From assembly GCF_902713615.1 (NCBI RefSeq), contig NC_052149.1, forward strand, positions 127,227,256 through 127,291,255: a stretch of 64,000 nucleotides of DNA. Direction: 5' to 3'. Of this stretch, positions 13,161 through 25,200 are shown in pieces. The stretch's first letter is position 1. Every line of letters begins with the position of its first letter. Made by a program: the position numbers and the translations under genes. Origin of the DNA: Scyliorhinus canicula. Its lineage: Eukaryota. The notes beneath the pieces were generated by a model. The model had not been told where the DNA came from and made no database searches. It saw only the letters and a program-made list of their open reading frames with translations.

Positions 13161-13544
13161 TGAAGTGTTGGGCACTGTGGACTTATGAAGCAGACATATG
13201 CCACCAGCACTGAAGAAGAGTCAACACTATTTTATTAACTCTTATAAAATAGTAGACATACTATAACTGTGGGTTTACACAATGTTAGTTTAACTGGAGA
13301 CCTGTGCCTGTCTGAACCAGTTGAATCTCTCAGCCCGTGGTGTGAGTCTGTACTAAACTTGAAGAGCTCTTGTGCTTCTGAAAGGCAGCATCCAGAATGA
13401 GCGGGAAAAGTGATGCCCTCTGCCTTTATAGTGTGTGTGTTCTAACTGGTGAATGGCTGCGGTGTTTGTGCATGTTGATTGGTCCCTGTGTATGTCCATC
13501 AGTGTGTGTGTCTGCACCATGATATACTGGTGTATATTATGACA
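13161..13544 (-). repeat. 5' LTR of Gypsy 6250-13544
   Basis: TG...CA ends; direct repeat of 6250-6633. Confidence 0.93.
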
Positions 13545-14029
13545 TGCTCCACCATTGACTGAGCTGGCCGTCTCCTAAAGGACATAACTGTTAGACTGGG
13601 TCGGCGACAGGTTCCGAGGGAACCAACAAGAGGGGAAAACATATTGAACCTCATCCTCATCAACCTGTCTTCCACAGCTGCATCTGTCCATGCCAGTATT
13701 GGTAGGAGTGATCACAACAAAGTCCTTTTGGAGACAAAGTCCCATCTTCACATTGAAGAAAATCTCCATTGTGCATGGCACTGCCACCATGATAAATGGA
13801 ATAGACTTTGAATAGATCTAGCAGCTCAAGGCAGGGTATCCATGAGGCGCTTTGGGTCATCAGCAGCAACAGAATTTTATTCAACCACAATCCATAACCT
13901 CATGGCCTGGCATATCTCCCACTCTACCATTACCACCAAACCAGGGGATCAACCCTGCTTCAATGTAGAGTGCACGAGGGCATGTCAGGAACAACACCAG
14001 GCATAGCTATAAATGAATGAAATGAAAAT

Positions 14030-14209
14030 GAAATAAAAATCGCTGATTGTCACAAGTAGGCTTCAAATGAAGTTACTGTGAAAAGCCCCTACTCACCACA
14101 TTCTGGCGCCTGTTCAGGGAGGCCGGTACGGGAATTGAACCGTGCTGCTGGCCTGCCTTGGTCTGCTTTAAAAGCCAGCTATTTAGCCCAGTGTGCTAAA
14201 CCAGCCCCC
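14030..14209 (-). mobile_element. SINE family A copy
   Basis: Close similarity to 9439-9606, with an (aaatg)n tail. Confidence 0.85.
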
Positions 14210-14214
14210 ATGAG

Positions 14215-14670
14215 GGGCTGGATTCTCTGTTCCCCGATACCGATTTCATAATCGGCGATCGGGCAGACAATCCTTTTTACGACCGAATTGAGGGGGAGCC
14301 TATTTTTGGATTCTCTGCCTTGTCCAAAACGGCGTCATCGGGGAGTACGCCGCAAGCCGTTCGGAGGGGGTGGTTTGGCGAGGGCTGGGGGGACTGTTGG
14401 GGGGTGGTCCAGGCGTGGCGAGGTGGTGTCCGGGGGGGCACAATCTGGCAGGATGGGTCCTCACGCATGTTGTACGGCGTGACCGCTGTAGGTCAGCATT
14501 ATGCGCATGCGCGGCCACGAACCCGGCAATTCTCCAGCAGTTTATTTCGTAAAGGCCGTGTGTTATACATGGTGCAGCTGCTAGCCCCTCACCAGTCAGA
14601 GGGTCGGTGCTAGGGCCTCGGCTAATTTTTCATCACAGAACTAAACACTTCCGACGGACATAGCCTCAAA
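14215..14670. mobile_element. GC-rich Harbinger-like MITE fragment (a second piece lies at about 14925-15122)
   Basis: Begins with gggctggattctc, the terminal motif shared with 19061, 37309 and 43411. Confidence 0.55.
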
Positions 14671-16102
14671 ATCAGAGTACCCGCCGAGGTGTCAACCTGG
14701 TGAAGCCACAGGACTACTTGAGTGTCAAACAGAATAAGCCGCAAGTGACAGACAGAATGAAACGATCCCACAACCAATGGATCAGATCTAAGCTCTGTAG
14801 TCCTGTCACATCCAACTGTGAATGGTTGTGGACAATGAAACAACTCACTGGAGGAGGAGGCTCCACAAATATCCCCATCCTCAATGATGGAGGAGCCCAG
14901 GTACATCTGTACAACAGACAAGGAGCCTGATTCTCCGATTCTCCGATCTCCCAGCTGTGTGTTCCTCAGCAGCGCGACTTTCACTGGACGCGGAATTCTC
15001 TTCTCCCGCCGCATGTCAATGGGATTTCCCATTGAAGCCACCCCACACCACCGGGAAACTCCTGGTCGGAGGTGCCCTGTCGGTGGGAAAAGTGAATTGC
15101 AAAGGCCGGAAAATTTCGGCCCAGGCTGAAGCTTTCGCAACAATCTACAGCCAGAAGTGCCGAGTGGATGGCCCATCTCGGTCTCCTGAGTTCCCCAGAT
15201 GTCAGTCTTCACCCAATTGGATTCACTCCACGTGATATCAGGAAATGGTTGAAGACACTGGATACTGCAACGGCTATGGGCCCTGACAATATTCTGGGAA
15301 GAGTACTGAAGGCTTATGCTCCAGAACTTTCCCCTAGCCAAGCTGTTCCAGTACAGCGACAGCACTGGTAATGGGGAAAATTGCCCAGGTATGTCCTGTA
15401 CACGAGAAACAAGACAAATCCTATTCAGCCATTTGCTGCCCCGTCCGTCTGCACTTGATCATCAGTAGTGATGGCAGGTCATTAACAGCGCAATCATGTG
15501 GCACTTACTCAGCAATAACCTGCTGTTTGATTCTCCGTTTCAGTCACTCAGATCCTGACCTCATTACAGCCTTGGATCAAACATGGACAAAAGAGAAGAA
15601 CTCCAGGGGTGAGGTGAGAGTGGATGCCCTTGACATTGAGGTAGTATTTGAACAATGTGGCATCAAGGAACTTATGAAAACTGGAGTCAATGGGAATTGT
15701 GAGAAATCATTTTGCTCGTTGGAGTCAAAGGAAAATATTTCAGGTTTGGGCTGATAATGTAACACTCACATTCACGCCGCACAGGTACCAGGCAATGACC
15801 GGCTGCAACAAGAGAGAATCTAACCATCGCACCTTGACATCCACTGGCATTGCCATCACTGAATTCCCCCACTACCAACATCCTGGGGGTTACCATTGAC
15901 CAGAAACTGAACTGGATCAGCCATATAAATACTTTGGCTACAAGAACAGGTTAGAGGCTGGGAATCCTGCGGTGAGTAACTCACCTCCTAACTCCCCAAA
16001 GCCTGTCCACCATCTACAAGGCACAAGTCAGGAGTGTGATAGAATGCTCTCCACTTCCCTGGATGAGCGCAGCTCCAACAACACTCAAGAAGCTCAACAC
16101 CA

Positions 16103-16290
16103 GGAAAGGGGAGGCATGGAAGTGACGAATAAAGGCAGGGATGTATGGGTAGTCAGGGTTTAGGGCTGGGGGGAGTTGGGTATATTATTGTGGGGTTTTT
16201 TGCGTGTGTGTTGGATCTTTCTGTTGTTGTTCAAAATGTGAAAGTTTTGAAATTATAAATGTCTCAATAAAATATTTTCCAAAAAAAAAA
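16103..16290 (+). mobile_element. 5'-truncated L1-type 3' UTR insertion with poly(A) tail and 10-bp TSD
   Basis: AATAAA 16266-16271; A10 tail 16281-16290; TSD ctcaacacca at 16093-16102 and 16291-16300. Confidence 0.8.
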
Positions 16291-19060
16291 CTCAACACCA
16301 TCCAGGACAAAGCAGCCACTTGATTAGCCACGACCACTACCATCCAGAAGGGCAAGGGCAGCAGATACCTGGGAACACCACCACCTGGAAGTTTCCCTCA
16401 AACTCATTCACCATCCTGACTTGGAAATATATCTGCCGTTCCTTCACTGCCACTGGGTCAAAGTCCTGGAACTCAATCTCTAACAGCACTGTGGGTGTCC
16501 TACACCTCAGAGACTACAGTGGTTCAAGAAGGCAGCTCATCCCCACCTTCTCAGGGGCAATTAGGGATGGGCAATAAATGATGCTCTGGCCAGCGAAACA
16601 CAGATCCCAGAAATCGATACATTTTAAAAATCCAACCTCATCTACTTCCCTGTTCTCTGTGTGGAAATCGGACCCACTCAGCAGGATATTTGACTGCAGG
16701 AGCTATCACCATTTGTCCAATTCTGTCACCACCTGAAATCCCCACACAACCTGAATTTATCTTGGGCCTTAATGTATTGTTGGAAACCAGCTATTTCTGA
16801 TAGGTAAAAGGATCATTGATTTAGCCATTTTGTTTTAAATACAACCCAGTTTAAAAAACATTTTAAAATTGTTTCTGTACTAAACCACACAGTTTAGTCA
16901 GTTTCATTACAATTTTTAAAAAAACACATAGCTTACAGAGAAATCTGCAAAGCATACAGGATTCATTTGGAACATTTGTAGTCTAATTAGAAGCAAATGC
17001 AACATTTCTACTGAAGGTCAAAATGAGCACCATAATTAACATGAATCTACCATTGTTCAAAATGTGAATAGTATAGCAGACAGCAAATACCAGACCTGGT
17101 TAAAAGTGTAAGTTTACATTCCAACACACAGAAGACACCTATAGATGCAACGTAGTCATACCAATGTTGCACATTGATGATTAACAACTAATCATCCAAT
17201 CAAATGTATTGGGAATTCACCCAAACCAATCAGCATGTTACAAGGGTAGGAACAGATGGACTCAGATTGACAACATTTTCCTTAAAGATAGTGGTCCAGG
17301 CAGCCATTTTCCATTCTAGAATCACTCTATACTACTAGCTGTCTACTGTCTTCATTTCGTATTTTCATATTTCTACTCTAACTCTAAATCTGCGCAAGCT
17401 GTTTTGCTTTGAGCAAGAAACCATTACTGTATTTTGAAAGTTCAGATCGATTGTACGCTACTAAGTTTAATTATAAATCTTAAAGTCTTCTGCTGGCAGG
17501 GGCTTTATTGAGAATATTTGATTTGTAACCACAAGAAGATTTCAAACTCTGAATTATAATCAATACACACCCAATAAAGATTACATTTCACATCCGAGAC
17601 ATGTAGAGCAAATTTCTACTACGTTAGTGTATATGAGACTACACTTAACCGCAGGGTAGATTTCACCATGTATAAAACATCCTTGGATATATCACAGAGT
17701 GGTAGGGTTAGCGGAGTTAAATAGGTCGAGTTCTTCAGACCACATGAAACTTTAACAAAACATCTTTTAATGCTACATGCATGCGGGAGAACGAAACTCG
17801 GCAGCTTTAACTGCAGCTTGGTCCAAGTCGTTCTGCCCACACAAAGCTGTTTTACACATCTTATACTGTTTAGGTTGTACAGACTGATTCAAGGGAATAC
17901 AAAGTGATTCAAAGTACTACAATACAACCGATTACTGATACCGGCAGTTTGATTAAGTTACAGTCATTCCTCTGATTAGATAATGCGGATACATTGACAT
18001 ACTCCACTTCTAATCGTTCGACGGACACATCTTGTCCATCTGCTTTGCAATACAAAGGAACGTCCTTTAGACAATCCAGTAATGAGGTGGTGAGCCCTAT
18101 TTCCCTGATACCTGTATCTGGGTGGGTGCACAATGCCCTTTCCAGACATGCTGGAGCCAGGCTGAACGTTTTCGATTTGTAGGCTGGGAAATGTGTTACC
18201 TGAGATATGCCGGCGTGTCGTGTGCTAATTTGCGTTTGTCCACATTTTGAGTTTGTGAGATTGCCAGGTTAATCTTCTCCAGGCATTCCCTTCCAAGCTG
18301 TCCCATGTGTACCTCAGATTCTCCATTTTCCCCACTACAGGCAGTGAGAGGGATGGGGGAGGGAGTGGGGGGGATTTAGGAAGATTGATCGAAGGCTCAG
18401 GTGAAAGGATGGAGCTTGATGGAGTAGTGAGACTTGGAGAGGGGGAGGGGTGAAAGGTGAGAGTTCAGACAGCAGAGCCTAGGCATCTGAAGGCTCTGCT
18501 GTCAATGGTGGGATGCAGGAAGCAGCAATGGGCAGGAGACCAGAGTCAGAGGATGGAAGGATGAGGGAGGGAATGTGAACCTGCTGCAGGACGCAGAGCT
18601 AGGGAGGAGTGAGGTCATGGAGGGAATTGGAGGTCAGTGTGGTCAGGGGTTGTGGGTCAGTGGGGTCAGGGATAACAGATCAGTGGGACCTGGGTAACAA
18701 ATCAGTGATATCAGGGGTAACAGGTCAATGAGGCCAGCATGGATGAAGGTAGCCAGTAGAGGACATTGGAATAATGGAATTAAGAGGCGGAACAAACTGG
18801 GAGAAGGGTTTCTGAGTGCAAGGGACCGATGTAGCGCTGAGACAGACAATTTTGTCGAGATGAAAGTAAGAGTCTTGATTAATAAGGGGATCAGGGGTTA
18901 TGGGGAGAAGGCAGGAGAATGGGGATGAGAAACATATTAGATATGATTGAATGGCAGAGCAGACACGATGGGCCGAGTGGCCTAATTCTGCTCTCATGCC
19001 TTATGGTTTTACGGTCTTATGATTATGCTCTGTGTTGTGGCCGCAGTAGAGGTGCACACA

Positions 19061-19735
19061 GGGTGGGATTCTCTAACCACCCGCCGGGTCGGAGAATCGC
19101 CGGGGGGCGGCATGAATCTCGCCCCGGCCGGCTGCTGAATTCTCCGGCGCCTGGGTTTTGGCGGAGGTGGGAATCGCACCACACCCGTCAGGGGCCGTTG
19201 GCAGCGCCCCCCGCCCCCCCTCCCCGGCGATTCTCTAGCCCGCGATGGGCTGACTGGCCGTCTGTTTTCTGTCGGTCCCGCCGGCGTAAATCACAACAGG
19301 CCCTTACCGGCAGGACCTGGCTCCACGGGCGGCCTGCAGAGTCCTCGTGGGGGCGCGGGGGGTCTGGTCCCCGGGGGGTGCCCCAACCGTGGCCCCACCG
19401 ATCCGCAGGCGGGCCTGTGCCGTGGAGGCACTCTTTCCCTCCGGAATGTCCGCTGTCAACCTCCACCTTGGCCGGTGCTGAGATGACGCCAGCACATGCT
19501 GGCACTCCCGCGCATGCGCCAACTCGCACTGGCCGGCGGAGGCCCTTCGGCACCGGTTGGCGTGTTGCCTAGCCCTTCCACGCCGGCTGGCGCGGTGCCA
19601 GACACTCTGCCACAGCCCTATTCCCTGAAGGTGCAGAGGATTCTGCACCTTCGGGGCGGCCCGACGCCGGAATGGTTCATGCCACTCCTATGCGCCGGAG
19701 TGGCCCGCCCCACCAGTTCGCGTAGAATCCCGCCT
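19061..19735. mobile_element. GC-rich Harbinger-like MITE
   Basis: TIRs gggtgggattct / agaatcccgcct; CpG-rich interior with no protein homology. Confidence 0.7.
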
Positions 19736-20299
19736 CTAGTTCTTTAAATAGTCGAATGATTTATTAACAAAAACGTGGAAAGATAACTAAGGAACAATAA
19801 TACTTTTGATTTGATTTATTATTGTCACATGTATTAGTATACAGTGAAAAGAATTGTTTCTTGCATGCTGTACAGACAATGCATACCGTACATAGGGAAG
19901 GAAGGGGAGACGACAGAATGTAATGTTACAATTATAACGAGAGTAAAAGATAGAATTAGAGGGTCTGCTGGGCCCAGTTTGCAAGAATTTGCCTTGCTCT
20001 GGCGCCATCTTGCATTGAACAGCATTGAATACAGACAGAAACAAAACAAATGAAATCAGTGAATTCTCCTGGAGCTACTCTTAGTGTGACCTCCTCTTGT
20101 ACGACTTACGACCAACTGCCTCTAACGTGAGGCACATGGTAGATCTCTATTGCCACCTGTTGTTTGGAGGTCATATCAATAACTATATATTGACAGACAA
20201 CGATCTACAAGACTGTGCACAGGCATGTCACCATAGAGGCCTCCGTGACAGAGAGGATGTGGAGTTGAAGCTCAGCTCCTGAGGGCCCATTGGGACAGA

Positions 20300-20465
20300 G
20301 GCCCATGTTTACTGGTTCCTATTGGAGGGTCCAGTGGGAAGTGGGATGATATTTATTGGTCCCTATTGGAGCGTTCAATGGGAAGGAGGCCCATGTTTAC
20401 TGGTCCCTATTGCAGAATCCAATGTGAAGAAGGCCCATGTCTGTTGGTCCCTACTGGAGGGTCCG
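20300..20465. repeat. Degenerate ~44-bp tandem repeat (about 4 copies)
   Basis: ggcccatgtttactggtccctattg recurs. Confidence 0.6.
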
Positions 20466-22219
20466 TGGGACATGGACACCACGGTCGATGTGGAGGATGG
20501 TTCCTTTATGTTGTAAGTGTGTGGTTATCCACCTCTCATCCTAGTTAAACACTAGGACCCAGAGTCTGACCATGGAAGTGGAAGGAGAGGGAAAGGAATC
20601 TGAATGTGTTCTGAATGGACAGGATGTGTCAGTGGCTCAGTATCTGTCCCTCCAGCTCACACTGATGGGGTTGTCATGTGAGAGTACCTTTAAGAAATGG
20701 ATGTTTAAGTAATGTACCTTTAAGAAATGAGGCAGCTCATATTACTGAAGGGATGTCAGAGTGTGGGTGGAGCTGGCTTTTTTAGCTCAGCCGTTTTGCA
20801 GTGTTTAGGTTTCAGTTTTGAGAGAGAGCAGCTGAAAAGTGTCTGGCTGTTTTGCTGTGAGCTGTTTGAAAGGAAAAGCCAGTTTTGAGGAAAAGCAGAC
20901 TGTTAGATTTGGCAAAAACATTGCAGTTAACATTACCTGACAAAATGCAAAAAGATGAGGTAATTATGGCGGTGGCTAAGCATTTAAAGTTGCCTGAGAT
21001 AGAGTCTGACTCATTGGAAATAGAAAAAGTTCAGTTACAAATTAAACAAATGGAACATGAGAAAGAATTAAAGCGGCTTGAATACGAAAGAGAGGAAAAA
21101 GAAAGAGAGAGAGCGAGAGAGGAAATAGAAAAGGAGAGAAGAAAGGAGAAAAGAAAGAATAGCCAGAGCAGAACAAACATAAAAAGAAAGGGAGATACAG
21201 ATCAGGGAAAAGGAAAAAGAGAGGGAGTTTGAACTTCAGAAAATGGCCATGAAACATGAAAGTCAATTAAAATTGGCTGACTAAAAGGGAAACATACAGT
21301 TGGGTGATAGTGATGAGGATAGTGAGAAAGAGCGTCATAGTCGAAAGCTTGGTGGGAATCTATTTAAATATGTCCAAGCATTGCCAAAGTTTGACAAGAA
21401 GGAAGTGGAAGCCTTTTTCATTTAATTTGAGAAGGTAGCTAAACAAATGAAATGGCCACAGGACATGTGGGTGTTACTGATTCAAACAAAGCTGGTAGGT
21501 AGAGCTTGTGAAGTGTTTGCATCATGACCGGAGGAGGTATCTGGAACGTATGAGGAGGTGAAGAAATCCATCTTAAGTGCATATGAGCTCGTGCCTGAAC
21601 CTACAGACAAAGGTTGAGAAATTTAAGGAAATAATTTGGTCAAACATACATGGAGTTTGAAAGGCTCAAACAGAGTAATTTTGATAGGTGGATAAGTGCT
21701 TTGAAAATAGATCAAACGTATGAAGCCCTCAGAGAAATTATACTTTTGGAGGAGTTTAAAAATTCAATTCCTGATGTAGTGAGAACTCATGGGGAAGAAC
21801 AGAGGGTTAAAACTGTGAGATTAGTGGCAGAAATTGCAGATGATTATGAATTAGTTCATAAATCAAAGATTGGTTTCTGACATCAGTTTCAGCCGGTGAG
21901 GGATAGAAACTGGGGACATGAGAAATACTCAAGTGGTAAAGGTAAAGGTGATCTGATGGGAGACAATAAAGAGAATGTACCTCAGATTAAAATAGAAATC
22001 CAGGAGGGTGGGAAAGAAATGAAAAGTTTCAAATGTTTTCACTGTAATAAACTAGGCCATGTAAAGGCACAGTGTTGGTGGTTGAAGAAAAGCACTGGAA
22101 AGGCTGATGTGGTAAACCAGGATAAGACAGTGGGATTTGTTGGAGTGGTAAATGAAAGCCCAAGGGAAGAGAAGGAGGTGCAAATGATTGTACAGCCTGT
22201 TTAAGAAGTAATTGTTAAG

Positions 22220-25200
22220 GACTTCCGGTTGCGGCTATGCGGAGCTAAGCCGCACGTTCGGCAGCTCCCGCTTTAAGAGGACTTGTGGGCTCTTTTAAGG
22301 GTCCCAAACAGCGCTGATTCGACGATTCCCGTTGGATTAAGGGGTCTGGAGCAAAACCCCCTGGGATTTATGGTGCGGACTCGAAGTGGGGCAAGGAGAA
22401 AAACGGCAGCAACTCCCCTGGAAAAGCGGGGGAAGGTGGACAAAATGGCGGCCGGTGGAGCCCCTGAGGAGTGGAGGCAGTGGGCTGAGGAGCAGCAGGC
22501 GGACCTTCTGCGCTATTTCACGGAGCTGAAAGGGGAGTTGTTGGAATCCCTGAAGGTGACGACTAGTAAGCTGCTGGAGACCCAGACAACCCAGGGTGCA
22601 GCGATAATTGAGTTGCAGCAGCAGGCCTCTGAGCGCAAGGAGGAGGTTTCGGCCCTCGTGGGGAAGGTGGAGATACACGAGGCGCTTCATAAAAAGTGGC
22701 AAGATCGGTTCGAGGAAACGGAGTTTCGGTCACGGAGGAAGAACCTGTGGATCCTGGGCCTCGAGGAGGGGCTGGAGGGGTCGGTCCTGCCGGCCTATGT
22801 GGCTGTGATGTTGAACTCGCTGGTGGGGGCAGGATCCTTCCATCTGCCCCTGGAGCTGGAGGGGGCCCACAGAGTACTGGCCAGGCGGCCCAAGGCGAAT
22901 GAACCCCCGCGGGCGGTGCTGGTGCAGTTCCATCGGTTCAGTGACCGGGAATGTGTTCTCCGATGGGCCAAGAAGGTGACGAGCAGCAAGTGGGAGAATT
23001 CAGTAGTGCGTATCTACCAGGACTGGAGTGTGGAGGTGGCCAAGAGGAGAGCTGGGTTTAACCGGACGAAGGCGGTGCTCCATGGAAAGCAGGTGAAGTT
23101 CGGCATGTTGCCGCCTGCGCGCCTGTGGGTCACCTACAAGGACCGACATCACTACTTTGAGTCCCCGGAGGAAGCGTGGGCCTTTGTGCAGACTGAAAAG
23201 CTGGACTCGAACTAGAGATTGGGGGCTGTGGGAGTATTTCTGTATCATTGTTTATGCTGTAGCGGGTTATTCTGTTTGTTTTTGTTTTTTCTCTCGCTTT
23301 CGGACGATGTGGGTTATGGTTTTGTGTTCTAAGGGGGGTGCTGGGGTTTGTGGTTGACCTGTGTCTTTGTTTGTATGGAGTTGGTGGTTGGGTTGGGACT
23401 GCTGTTTGGGAGCTGCGTTGGTGGGGTGGGGCAGTGTGAAAGCGCGGACTTTTCTCTGGTTTCCCGCGCCTGCGGGACGAGTGGGTGGAGCTGGTGGCGA
23501 GGGGCGTGGTTATTAGACCGGGTTTCCCGCGCTGAAGCGGTGCCAAGGAGCTGATGCAGGGGAGGAGGGGGGACCTCATATCGGGAGGGGTCGGAGTTAG
23601 AGCGGAAGCTGCCGGGGTCAGCAGAAGTCAGCTGGCTCACGGGAGTACAGTGGAGGGAGAGTCACGGCTAGGAGGGGTCCTAGCCCGGTGGGGGGGGGGG
23701 GGGGGGGGGGGGGGGAGATACCGGGTTGCTGCTGGATTCGCCAGGGAGGAGTTGCTGCGGGTCAGGGGGGTCGGGGTGAGGTTCTATCGCCGTGGGAAAC
23801 GGGCCAAATGGGTGCTGGCCAGGGGCGAGCAGTCGATGGGTTGTGGCTAGTCGACGGGGGAGGGGGGGCGGGGTGCCCCCTGATCCGGCTGATTACGTGG
23901 AACGTGAGGGGGTTGAATGGCCCGGGTGTTTTCAAATCTGATGGGACTGAAGGCGGACGTGGCCATGCTTCAGCAGACCCACCTGAAGGTGGCGGACCAG
24001 GTCCGTCTGAGGAAGGGGTGGGTGGGACAGGTTTTTCACTCAGGGCTCGACTTGAAGAACCGGGGAGTGGCGATCCTGGTGGGGAAGAGGGTGGCGTTTG
24101 AGGCGTCTGAGGTTGTGGCTGATAGTGGCGGCAGATATGTGATGGTGAGCGGTAAGCTGCAGGGGGAGAGGGTGGTGTTGGTTAATGTGTACGCCCCAAA
24201 TTGGGATGATGCTGGTTTCATGAGGCGTATGTTGGGCCGTATTCCTGGCCTGGAGGTGGGGGGCTTGATCGTGGGGGGGGACTTCAATACGGTGCTGGAT
24301 CCCCTACTGGATCGTTCTAGTTCAAGGACAGGCAGGAGGCCGGCGGCGGCCAAGGTGTTGAGGTGGTTTATGGACCAGATGGGAGGAGTGGATCCCTGGA
24401 GGTTCGGGAGGCCGAGGGCTCGGGAGTACTCTTTTTTCTCCCATGTGCACAGGGTTTATTCCCACATTGATTTCTTTGTTTTGAGTAGGAGACTGATCCC
24501 TAGGGTGGAGGAGGCCGAGTATTCGGCTATTGCAATTTCGGACCATGCTCCGCATTGGGTGGATCTGGAGATGGGGGCGGTGCGGGACCAGCGCCCGCTT
24601 TAGCGTCTGGACGTGGGGTTGTTGGCTGATGAGGAGGTGTGTAGGAGGGTTCGGGGATGTATCGAGAGGTACCTCTAGGTTAATGATACTGGGGAGGTCC
24701 AGGTGGGGATGGTGTGGGAGGCTCTGAAGGCAGTGATTAGGGGGGAGCTGATCTCCATCCGAACCCATAGGGAGAGGGGGGAGAGGAGGGAGAGGGAGAG
24801 ACTGGTGGAGGAGCTGTTGAGTGTGGATAAGAGGTACGCGGAGGCCCCGGAGGAGGTATTGCTGGGGGAGCGGCGTAGCTTGCAGGCCAAGTTTGATTTA
24901 TTGACCACCAGAAAGGCGGAGACACAGTGGAGGAAGGCGCAGGGAGCGGTCTATGAGTATGGAGAGAAGGCGAGCAGGATGCTGGCGCACCAGCTTCGTA
25001 AGCGGGACGCGGCTCAGGAGATTGGTGGAGTGAAGGATAGAGATGGGAATGTGGTGCGGCAGGGGGCAGAGGTCAATGAGGTCTTTAGGGACTTCTATAG
25101 GGAACTGTACCGGTCGGAGCCGCCGGCAGTGGGAGGGGGAGTTTTTTGGACAGGCTCCGATTTCCAAGGGTGCAGGAGGAGCAGGTGGAGGGACTGGGTG

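Larger units (their letters stand above)
6250..13544 (-). mobile_element. Complete Gypsy provirus (Mag/SURL-like; gag-PR-RT-RH-IN), decayed, with 5-bp TSD TGCTC
   Basis: Paired 384-bp LTRs at 6250-6633 and 13161-13544 (about 30 differences by manual count); TSD tgctc at 6245-6249 and 13545-13549. gag 11953-13074, protease DTG 11504-11956, RT YVDD 10975-11541, RNase H 10144-10737, integrase 8381-9058. Confidence 0.95.
13550..16590 (+). mobile_element. Old CR1-like LINE (family B; endonuclease to 3' end), fragmented and interrupted by a SINE, MITEs and an L1 3' end
   Basis: Degenerate EN/RT motifs (e.g. WLKTLDTATAMGPDNI at about 15245-15290) and a 3' end at 16320-16590 also seen at 59150-59520. 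The 6160-6245 flank of the Gypsy element (GDFNVHH-like) appears to be its upstream part. Confidence 0.7.

Noticed and set aside
17990-18010. EYVNV as a LAT/Shc-like Grb2-binding motif indicating an adaptor gene
   Set aside because: A five-residue match only, with no other similarity or start codon.
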